NCBI GenBank assembly: GCA_049520575.1
Contig: JBEKPQ010000015.1
Location: forward strand, 17,527 to 81,526
Direction of reading: 5' to 3'
DNA: 64,000 bases
From: Thermodesulfobacteriota bacterium
GTDB taxonomy: Bacteria; Desulfobacterota; RBG-13-43-22
The position numbers and the translations under genes were made by a program. Of this stretch, positions 56,604-64,000 are shown one piece after another (position 1 is the stretch's first letter; each line of letters begins with the position of its first letter). The notes beneath the pieces were generated by a model. The model saw nothing but the letters and a program-made list of their open reading frames with translations. It had not been told where the DNA came from and did not search any database.

Positions 56604-56732
56604 GTTCTAAAACAAGTTATTTCTCCCCATTTGTCTGATTGATTTTAATTTAACCCTCGGTTTAACCCATGGTTAAACCCAATTATGATGCTCTCTTTTT
56701 CACCCAGCCTTAACTGAAAAATCCCTTCTTTG
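56604..56732. repeat. copy 2 of the 110-bp direct repeat, upstream of the carboxyltransferase gene
   Basis: See 54821-54929. Contains an extra palindromic insert GGTTTAACCCATGGTTAAACC. Confidence 0.7.
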
Positions 56733-56769
56733 CAAATCGAGATTAGTATGCTTTTTTTGATCCACCCGT

Positions 56770-57996
56770 CTAAGGGATCCCTGCTCCGATGCCCATTTTC
56801 CTCGACGGCAGGACGACCGTGGCCGTTCCGTTGGGGATCATGAAATTGCCATCGTGGTCCTCAACGGTAACCGTCAGTTCGACCAGATGTTCCCTGTCCT
56901 GTATGTATTTTTTGACCACCCTGCCCTTGCAGAGCGCCAGGGAATCCCGATAAAGCACCCCGCGAAGCTGGTCTCCCATCTTCTGGATGAACCCGTCGTC
57001 TCCCATCCAGTTCGAAATCATGCGTCCCAGCCAGGCCCGCATTTGCATACCCAAAGCATTGGCCCGCGGCATGCCGAGCCGTTGAGCAGCGGCATCGGTC
57101 AGATGCCAGTGTGTGAAATCGGGCAGGCCGCTCTCCGGATCGATCATATTTTTCCAGGTGTCCCGGGTGTGGGCCATATGCGTCCGCCAACTGACGCTTT
57201 TACCCATGGCGGCAGAATAGGCGATCGCTTCCGCCTGGGTGAAAAGGTGGTGCGTGGGCGGAAGCTCGTCCCCTACCTTGACATCTTCCCAGAAGAGCGG
57301 ATTTCCGCCCCGGATTTTCTCTTTTTCCGCCCGCTTAAACCAGTCTTCCACTTCGCGCTTTGAAAAGCGGCGAAATTGAGGCGGTTTCCCAACCTGCACC
57401 TTGCCCGGTGAAGGCTCCCTGAGCACTACAGCAATCCCGGCAATATCCACAATGGCTACGACTTCGTCTCTTTGATTTTTAAACACCCGGTTTCCATTGA
57501 CTAAAAACTGTAAGGCCGTATTCTCCCGGGTGATGTCCTTAACGGACGTAGGATACTCAAATACCGTAAAGCGGTCGTCCTCCCGTATGATCTTGAACCA
57601 TTCGACTGAAACGCCCGCATCGACCCGGGCGACATGAAAGTCCAGATCCTCTGCCGCCTTGGCGATCCCGGAATAGGGGGCAACGGCGCCCAGGAATTGA
57701 GGAGGGGCGATGAGGCCGCCGTATCGAGTGTTTTTTAAATAATCCCGGTTACGGTAGAGGGGATTGAACTCGCCTATGGCATCACAGAATTGTCGTATGG
57801 CATCTTCGGTGGCCACCCGGCGCGTCATTCGGTAGGCGCCCATCTTATAACCGGTCTCCGGGTCGGGCCCGTCAACTGTCACCGGCCGCGGTTTTCCTAT
57901 TTCCAGTTTCGCTTCAAGTTCAGCGATAATTCCTTCCCTTATCTTTTTATCCGCCTTCGCCCGCTTTATTTCTTCGTCTGTCAGATATCTCTTCAT
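56770..57996 (-). CDS. double hotdog-fold (MaoC-like N + C) acyl dehydratase
   Basis: 408 aa with two hotdog halves (FAS1-DH/MaoC-like). Confidence 0.55.
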   Translation of the reverse strand: MKRYLTDEEIKRAKADKKIREGIIAELEAKLEIGKPRPVTVDGPDPETGYKMGAYRMTRRVATEDAIRQFCDAIGEFNPLYRNRDYLKNTRYGGLIAPPQFLGAVAPYSGIAKAAEDLDFHVARVDAGVSVEWFKIIREDDRFTVFEYPTSVKDITRENTALQFLVNGNRVFKNQRDEVVAIVDIAGIAVVLREPSPGKVQVGKPPQFRRFSKREVEDWFKRAEKEKIRGGNPLFWEDVKVGDELPPTHHLFTQAEAIAYSAAMGKSVSWRTHMAHTRDTWKNMIDPESGLPDFTHWHLTDAAAQRLGMPRANALGMQMRAWLGRMISNWMGDDGFIQKMGDQLRGVLYRDSLALCKGRVVKKYIQDREHLVELTVTVEDHDGNFMIPNGTATVVLPSRKMGIGAGIP

Positions 57997-58160
57997 GAAT
58001 TGTACCTTTCGTCTATCAGGCCTAAGGGAACCAAGGAGACGTTGTTCGGGAGTTCAGTAATTAACATGGGCTTTCGCCAATCCTTTTCTTTTCCCCCACC
58101 ACCCCGGACAGTCGTTTTTATTTTCTTCCTTCTTCTCAAAGCCTGGTTCAGTAAATTTTA

Positions 58161-58541
58161 TTAACCGGTCAGTTGAAGCCCAAGTATGTCCTTCAGGCGT
58201 CTAAAATGGTTATCCAGTGAATAAATTTCGCAACGATTTTGTATTGCGTTTTGGGCAACAATAAGATCTGGGATACCGATTCCATTTATTCCATTCTTTA
58301 AGCATTTGAATTGGAACTCAACAATTTGATTCCAGTCAATGGCTAATTTCAACTTTTTAATACTGTATAATAAAGTTACAATCTTTGATTGATGGTGGAC
58401 TTTTAAAGAAGGGACCAATTCTGCCAGGATCAGGTCATTAATAACCATAAGGTTTTCATCGATTAAGAAGTCAAGTTTTTCAGAATTATTCCCGCTCCTG
58501 AAATACTCTATCCATAAGGAAGTATCGACTAATACCGACAT
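58161..58541 (-). CDS. vapC: PIN-domain toxin VapC
   Basis: PIN acidic residues (VLVDTSLWIEY...DLILAE...D). AT-rich. Confidence 0.85.
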   Translation of the reverse strand: MSVLVDTSLWIEYFRSGNNSEKLDFLIDENLMVINDLILAELVPSLKVHHQSKIVTLLYSIKKLKLAIDWNQIVEFQFKCLKNGINGIGIPDLIVAQNAIQNRCEIYSLDNHFRRLKDILGLQLTG

Positions 58542-58732
58542 TGACGCCCTCTGATGGCGTTCAAATCAATGTCCAAATTAACCTTGCCCTTGAATTTTTT
58601 CAACCCGGATATCTTTGATTTTATGATTAAATCTTCTAAAGCGGTGATAATGACTTTGGTTTTTGTATTAATGTGAGCCACCTTCATGGCCTCATCAATT
58701 AAATTTTCAGGTAAATCAAGTGTTGTTCTCAT
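58529..58732 (-). CDS. vapB: VapB-type antitoxin
   Basis: AAGGAGG Shine-Dalgarno 6 nt before ATG 58732 (MRTTLDLPENLIDEA, RHH/Arc-like). Its stop overlaps the vapC start. Confidence 0.7.
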   Translation of the reverse strand: MRTTLDLPENLIDEAMKVAHINTKTKVIITALEDLIIKSKISGLKKFKGKVNLDIDLNAIRGRQCRY

Positions 58733-59017
58733 GATCGTCCTCCTTAACCATCTGCATAATAATAACATTATATGCATATGATGTCAAGGTTTTCGAAGAG
58801 GATGAGCAGTACATTAACCTATTATCCTCGGCCTTCCCAGCCTTCTAAACAAAATTACTCCAATCGTTCAAAATCATGACTATTGCTTTTTAATCCTCCT
58901 CATGTTATTTTTCTGATAGAAATCAATCTTCATTCCTGCTTTAGCAGGAGGGTAGCGGTCTTATCCGAAATTTCACCCTTTGGAGCAAGCTTCAAGGAGC
59001 CTTAAACCAATGGAGGT

Positions 59018-61429
59018 GTGTCCATGATATCCGATTCAACCGTCTCCGCCCTCTCCCCAACCCAGTTATGGTCGGCGTCCTCAACCCTTTCACCTCGTGT
59101 GGAACACTTACGCCGGCAATTCTTTTCCTTCTATGAACGAGATTACACCAACGAGGTGCGTGCCTTCACCACCGGCACACCCTGGGATGTTGTCTATTCC
59201 ATTTGGAATTGGACGAATGTGCCTGAAATCGCCCTATTTCAGAAGGGATTTCGCAGTTACCTTTGGGCTGGCGCCGAGCCGGTCGAGTTGCCGCCGGACT
59301 TTTGGCAAGAGCCCCTGGCGGTTCGCCAAGCCCTGTTCTTTCGTGAAGTGGTTCGCTCTCACTTGCCTGTTGAAATACTGGAAGGAGAGCTGATCGTCGG
59401 CTCCCATTTCAGCACGGCCCTCTCCCGCTGCCTTAAAAAAGACGAAGCCCGCCGTCGCGACCGGGAAGAGCAAGCATTCCTCAAGGCCTGGGATAAACTC
59501 AACAGTGTCGGAGTTGGAAACTGCGGCGCCGTTCCCGGTCATCTGCTGCCCAACTACCCCAAGATCCTTAAAATCGGCTGGAAAGGAATCCGGGATGAGG
59601 CCCAGGTTCTGTTCGATGATCCTGTGAGTACGGTCGAACAAAAGAATATGGCCCGGGCTATTATTATTTCTGCAGAGGCAACGCGCGATCTGGCAGACCG
59701 CTATACCGTCAAAGCTAAACGCCTGGCCGAAAACGAAACGGATCCGAAACGTCGAGACGAGTTGCAGGAGATCGCCCGCATCTGCCAAAAGGTCCCTTGG
59801 CTGCCGCCCGAAACATTCTCCGAAGCCCTGCAAGCCCTGTGGTTCACCCACATGCTGGCCATGGCCGCCGAAAGTTATCCGGGGCCGGGCTTATCGCCGG
59901 GGCGAGTGGATCAGTACCTTTATCCGTACTACAAGTCAGATCGAGATGCGGGCCGCCTTACGGAAGAGTCCGCTCGCGAATGGCTGCAATGCCTGTGGAT
60001 CAAACATAATTATGTCTATGATTATCAGGGCTGGACCGGTACCAATCAGGGTATCAATTCTTCGTTCGGCCAGCTTATAACCCTGTCCGGAATGGATGCC
60101 CAAGGCCATGACGCCACCAATGACCTGACCTATCTGATGCTTGAGGTTATCGAAGAAATGAACCTTTTGGAACCCAAGCCCAATGTGCGTGTCCATGCCG
60201 GTACCTCCGACAAGTTACTCGATCGTTTGGTGGAGATGTTAGCCAAGGCCCAAGGTTCCCCTTTCCTGATCAACTTTGACGAGAATTCCATCGCCGGTTT
60301 GCGTTGGCAGGGCCTGCCGGAAGAAAGGCTCTGGGATTACGCACCGGTCGGCTGCCTGGAAAACACCTTAATCGGTGACGACCGCTCCGGGACTGTTGAT
60401 GTCAACCTGAACCTGGCCAAAGCCATCGAATTGGTTTTAAATGACGGCCGTGATATGGCCACGGGAAAACAAATCGGACCGCGCACCGGTGACCCTGAAA
60501 AGTTTAAAGGGTTCCCTCAGTTTATGGAAGCCTTTAAACAACAACTCAAAACTATCCTGGAACAGCTCATCGCTGCCAATAACCTGGCCGATGCAGGGCG
60601 AGCCCGTTGGGAACCGGTCCCTTACCTGAGCGCCCTGGTGGATGGCTGTCTGCAAAGCGGTAAGGATTGCAACGCGGGCGGCGCCCGTTTTAATTTCTTA
60701 ACGGTGGAAGGAGTGGCCTTGGCCACCGTTGTTGACAGTCTGGCTGCCGTAAAAAAGCTGGTCTATGAAGATCGCCAGATAGAAATGGGAAAACTGGTTG
60801 GGGCCATCCGGGCCAGCTTTGAAGGGCAGGAGAGTTTACGCCGGACTTTGCTGGCCAAAGCACCCAAGTACGGCAACGATGATGGTTATGCGGATGAAAT
60901 CGCCCGCGATGTCAGCCGCTTTTGGACCGAAGAGGCCTTTAAGCACACTTCGTCTACCGGAAAGCGCTATCGTGGCGGCTATCTATCCTGGAATTACTGG
61001 ATCGCCTATGCGCCGACGACTGCGGCAACACCCGACGGCCGCCTTCGAGGGCAGTTTCTTTCCAATGCGGTGTGCCCGGTCAATGGGGCCGACCGCAAAG
61101 GACCGACCTCGGTCATCAAGAGTGTCGGCAAACTGGGATTAGAGACCGCACCCAACGGCGCCAGTCACACCATGAGCTTCAGTCCGAACCTCTTGCGGAA
61201 TCCCGAACAACGCCAAAAGCTCAAAGCCCTCTTACGGGCCTATGGCCAAGTAGGCGGGACTTGCCTGCAGGTCAATGTAATCGACGCCGACACCCTTAGA
61301 GAGGCCCAAAGGTTTCCCGACGAATACCACAACCTGTTGGTGCGGGTCACCGGCTACAACGCCTATTTTGTCGGCCTGGGGAAAGAGATTCAAGACGAAA
61401 TCATCGCTCGCGAATCGCACCCGATTTGA
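59018..61429 (+). CDS. glycyl radical enzyme, 1,2-eliminase class (glycerol/diol dehydratase, CutC, HypD or IslA-like; substrate unknown)
   Basis: 803 aa of the PFL-like fold. Glycyl radical motif RVTGYNAYF near the C-terminus and a CxE active-site loop (PVGCLEN) instead of PFL's CC. Confidence 0.85.
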   Translation: MSMISDSTVSALSPTQLWSASSTLSPRVEHLRRQFFSFYERDYTNEVRAFTTGTPWDVVYSIWNWTNVPEIALFQKGFRSYLWAGAEPVELPPDFWQEPLAVRQALFFREVVRSHLPVEILEGELIVGSHFSTALSRCLKKDEARRRDREEQAFLKAWDKLNSVGVGNCGAVPGHLLPNYPKILKIGWKGIRDEAQVLFDDPVSTVEQKNMARAIIISAEATRDLADRYTVKAKRLAENETDPKRRDELQEIARICQKVPWLPPETFSEALQALWFTHMLAMAAESYPGPGLSPGRVDQYLYPYYKSDRDAGRLTEESAREWLQCLWIKHNYVYDYQGWTGTNQGINSSFGQLITLSGMDAQGHDATNDLTYLMLEVIEEMNLLEPKPNVRVHAGTSDKLLDRLVEMLAKAQGSPFLINFDENSIAGLRWQGLPEERLWDYAPVGCLENTLIGDDRSGTVDVNLNLAKAIELVLNDGRDMATGKQIGPRTGDPEKFKGFPQFMEAFKQQLKTILEQLIAANNLADAGRARWEPVPYLSALVDGCLQSGKDCNAGGARFNFLTVEGVALATVVDSLAAVKKLVYEDRQIEMGKLVGAIRASFEGQESLRRTLLAKAPKYGNDDGYADEIARDVSRFWTEEAFKHTSSTGKRYRGGYLSWNYWIAYAPTTAATPDGRLRGQFLSNAVCPVNGADRKGPTSVIKSVGKLGLETAPNGASHTMSFSPNLLRNPEQRQKLKALLRAYGQVGGTCLQVNVIDADTLREAQRFPDEYHNLLVRVTGYNAYFVGLGKEIQDEIIARESHPI

Positions 61430-61822
61430 ACATGAACAATAGAGTCAATTGTTGTTCCACCATTTGCGGAACCGGAGAGATTCGAATAGTCCGGGCGTTC
61501 GAGAGAATACTAACCAAAGAAATTTTTCTCTCAAGCTTGAGAATAGGGTCAGAGGGGTGTCTTGTTTTTAGAGTGGTCCAAAGGGTAATCATGATGTTCC
61601 AACCCGGCCCAAAAGTAAAGTTGGGTTCGAGACCGGGTCCACATCAAAGCCTGTTTCTGGCACTGGTGTAGGCCTGCTTTCGAAAAAGGTTCATGTCTTG
61701 GCTCGGCAAAAACGAGTATGGCTTGCGGATGGACCACTCAAAAACAAGCCCCCCCTATGACCCCTGAATAGAAAGTTAGAGATACATTCTCAGATAACAA
61801 AGTGTAAGAATCTAACATCACC

Positions 61823-62740
61823 ATGGAATCCGGCCTGATCTTTAATCTCCAACAATTCAGCACCGAGGACGGACCCGGCATCCGTACGACGGTCTTCCTC
61901 AAGGGCTGCCCCCTGCGCTGCCCGTGGTGTCATAATCCAGAAGGACTCCGGGCCGAACCTGATCTCATCTGGTATGACGTTCGATGCATCGGCGCCCAGG
62001 ATTGTGTGAAGGTTTGTCCGGAAAAGGCCTTACACCTTTCGTCTGAGGGGATGAAAATCGACCGGAAACATTGCACCCTCTGCGGGAAATGTGAGAAAGC
62101 CTGTCCGGCAGCGGCCATAGAGAGTATCGGCCGAAGCGTTACCCCCGAGGAGTTGATCAGCGAACTTTTGAAAGATCAGGTCTTTTACCAGACCTCAGGG
62201 GGAGGCATCACCTTTAGCGGCGGCGAGCCGATGATGCAGAGGGATTTCCTTGGCCAAGTCCTGCCTCGCTGTAAGGAGGCGGGGATGCACGTGGCCCTGG
62301 ATACCGGTGGCCCAGTCCCCTGGGAGGGCTACGAAAAGGTTTTATCTTGGGTGGACTTGGTATTGTTCGATCTTAAACTGATGGATGAGGAAGGCCACAA
62401 ACAGGCCACGGGCGTCTCAAACGCCACTATCTTGGAGAATGCTCGCCGCATCGCCGCTGCAGGCAAATCGATGTGGATCCGAACTCCGGTCATCCCAGGT
62501 TATACCAATGATCCGGAAAATATCCGGGCCATCGGCGATTTTATCCGTGAAGCCTTGCCAACCGTGCAGCGTTGGGATTTGCTCGCCTACACCAATTTAG
62601 GCAAACCCAAATACCATCGGCTTGACAGGCCGTATTTGTTAGAAGCAACGCCCCTGTTAACCCGGACCGAGATGGACACCCTTTGGCAAGCCGCAGTGGA
62701 ACTAGTGCCGACCGCCAGATGGTCAGGGGCGACAATTTAG
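61823..62740 (+). CDS. glycyl-radical-enzyme activating enzyme (radical SAM + two ferredoxin-like clusters)
   Basis: CPLRCPWCHNPE radical-SAM motif, plus CIGAQDCVKVCP and CTLCGKCEKACP. Confidence 0.9.
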   Translation: MESGLIFNLQQFSTEDGPGIRTTVFLKGCPLRCPWCHNPEGLRAEPDLIWYDVRCIGAQDCVKVCPEKALHLSSEGMKIDRKHCTLCGKCEKACPAAAIESIGRSVTPEELISELLKDQVFYQTSGGGITFSGGEPMMQRDFLGQVLPRCKEAGMHVALDTGGPVPWEGYEKVLSWVDLVLFDLKLMDEEGHKQATGVSNATILENARRIAAAGKSMWIRTPVIPGYTNDPENIRAIGDFIREALPTVQRWDLLAYTNLGKPKYHRLDRPYLLEATPLLTRTEMDTLWQAAVELVPTARWSGATI

Positions 62741-62769
62741 CCTATTTCATTGTTATTCGGAGGCCGATC

Positions 62770-63579
62770 ATGTCCCTACTCGAACAAACACCCGGTGTAT
62801 TGGTCGCCTTACGCGGAGAGATGACGCCTAAATTCCTGGCCACCCGCTCGGCCGAGGGCATCCCCAACGTCGTCCCGTGTATATCCCTGTTGCCGACCGA
62901 AGATCAAGAGGATACGGTCTTTTTTGGAAATTTCTTGTTGCGCAAGAGCATCAAAAATCTCCAGGAGGACCGGCGCGTCAGCATCCTGGTGGTCACACCA
63001 GAACTTCATGGGTGGATTCTCAAGGGAGACTTTATTGAGTTTCAGCCTACCGGACCTTATGTGGACCAACAAAAGAGCAGCCCCCTTTTGCGTTATAACG
63101 CCTACACAGGCGTTCGTAATGCCGGGGTCATCCGATTGCGCTCACTGGAAGGAACCTTTGCCATCTCCAAACTCCAGGTGCTCAAGGATTATTGGCTGGC
63201 CCGGCTGGCAGCTATGAGGCAGGGAAATGAACAGAAGACATTATCGGGCAATAGCGTGATCATACCCTTAGCTGTAAGACTTGAATTTGCCAGGATGGCG
63301 GCCGTCAAAGTCCTGGCCTGGGTCGGACCGGACGGATATCCAAAGGTTATCCCATCCCTGTCGTTGCAGCCTGCGGGTCAAAAGAAACTGGTATATTGGA
63401 AAAAGGCGGGGTTCCCCTCTCCTGCGGCCCATGCCTTGGTCGCCGCCAACATCCTCACCTTTGAGGCCATTTCCTATCAGACCAAAGGGCGCTGGTCGGA
63501 ATCCGATCGTTCGGGGGTTATCCAGGTTGAAGAAATTTATGCCGGCGGGCCGCCTTATCCGGGAGGGCGAATAGTCTGA
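62770..63579 (+). CDS. tandem PNPOx-like (FMN-binding split-barrel) domain protein
   Basis: GGAGG Shine-Dalgarno before ATG 62770. Two repeats of a pyridoxamine-5'-phosphate-oxidase-like beta-barrel pattern. Confidence 0.4.
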   Translation: MSLLEQTPGVLVALRGEMTPKFLATRSAEGIPNVVPCISLLPTEDQEDTVFFGNFLLRKSIKNLQEDRRVSILVVTPELHGWILKGDFIEFQPTGPYVDQQKSSPLLRYNAYTGVRNAGVIRLRSLEGTFAISKLQVLKDYWLARLAAMRQGNEQKTLSGNSVIIPLAVRLEFARMAAVKVLAWVGPDGYPKVIPSLSLQPAGQKKLVYWKKAGFPSPAAHALVAANILTFEAISYQTKGRWSESDRSGVIQVEEIYAGGPPYPGGRIV

Positions 63580-63585
63580 TGGTGA

Positions 63586-63680
63586 ATATGGCCGTCATCG
63601 GTTCCCAGACGATCCGGATCGTGGAGGATCAAGGAAGTACGGCAGTGGAGGATTTCATCCGCAGCTTGCGCTGGAGAGTT
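63586..63680 (+). pseudogene. duplicated fragment of the trpA 3' end
   Basis: About 85% nt identity to 47435-47521. It encodes AVIGSQTIRIVEDQGSTAVEDFIRSLR, versus TrpA's AVIGSQTIRIVEDQGSGAVGAFIRSLR. Confidence 0.55.
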
Positions 63681-64000
63681 TATTTGGGAGTCGGACTGTT
63701 TGCCTTGTATCCTGTTTTTCAACTCTTCAATCAACTCATTGATAAAAAGTGTAACCCCGGATGGCCGGTCGCTTCCAGTTGGGTTTAACCCTTTTCCTTA
63801 ACCGCTTCAGCAGGTCAGTTATATATTTTTTACTTGACTCTATTCTTTCCCCCATTTTACACTCCTTCCGATCAAAAAGTTTTTTCCATATTGTTTATTA
63901 TTTTGATCCCCTTTGAGGGTCTCAGGTGTTTTTGACGCCTGATTCTATTATCCCGGTATCAAGTTACGGGAGAAAAAATAACCAACGATGATTTCAAGGA

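Noticed and set aside
59234-59851. 205-aa antisense ORF inside the glycyl radical enzyme gene
   Set aside because: Overlaps a well-supported conserved CDS. Its Gly/Ala/Arg-rich content is typical of an antisense frame.
61580-61640. tRNA-like GGTTCGAGACC T-loop-resembling motif in the GRE/activase spacer
   Set aside because: No flanking 5-bp T-stem, no acceptor stem or CCA context, and no D/anticodon arms could be built.
61426-61671. 81-aa ORF between the GRE and its activase, as a possible GRE small subunit
   Set aside because: Only four Cys, no ferredoxin-like CxxC spacing and lower coding quality. There is no support beyond position.

Overview
The window looks like an anaerobic Desulfobacterota/Syntrophus-like chromosome (roughly 50-55% GC), with a native housekeeping backbone, several dispersed repeat families and one clear AT-rich foreign island. 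Backbone genes on the left: a cooC-like ATPase (cut by the window edge), a DAG-kinase-like lipid kinase, and a flavodiiron protein with a rubredoxin gene of 52 aa that the ORF track misses. Further genes are a ferredoxin:thioredoxin-reductase-like/glutaredoxin pair, an in-frame lipB-lipA fusion followed by gcvH, dsbD, kdtA, carAB, purF, kdsD, pfk, rpe, rsmB, fmt with a disrupted def, and priA. A second block holds a CbbQ-like AAA ATPase, XdhC and an OYE/FadH-like flavoenzyme. The trp operon (trpE(G)-D-C-F-B-A) is complete and carries a classic WWWW leader-peptide attenuator. The right end carries an acyl-CoA carboxyltransferase, MaoC hotdog proteins, a vapBC pair and a glycyl-radical enzyme with its activase. 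The most unusual locus is the AT-rich island at about 49.4-54.8 kb. Near-identical 31-bp direct repeats bracket a cassette of pyrF, two small proteins and a membrane-anchored OPRTase-like PRTase. Next to it, on the other strand, lie a HEPN-motif protein and a 494-aa partner. The boundary of the island carries a 110-bp sequence that is repeated 1.7 kb away. Other notable points: a modular GGATTCAAGTGAAA/TTCAAGG repeat family in many intergenic sites (including the trp leader and the dsbD 5' end); a second, operator-like roughly 100-bp element upstream of three operons; a MITE-like element with 26-bp terminal inverted repeats; a heptanucleotide tandem repeat at the lipB-lipA junction; and a 95-bp duplicate of the trpA 3' end at the window edge. 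No rRNA, tRNA or CRISPR array was found.
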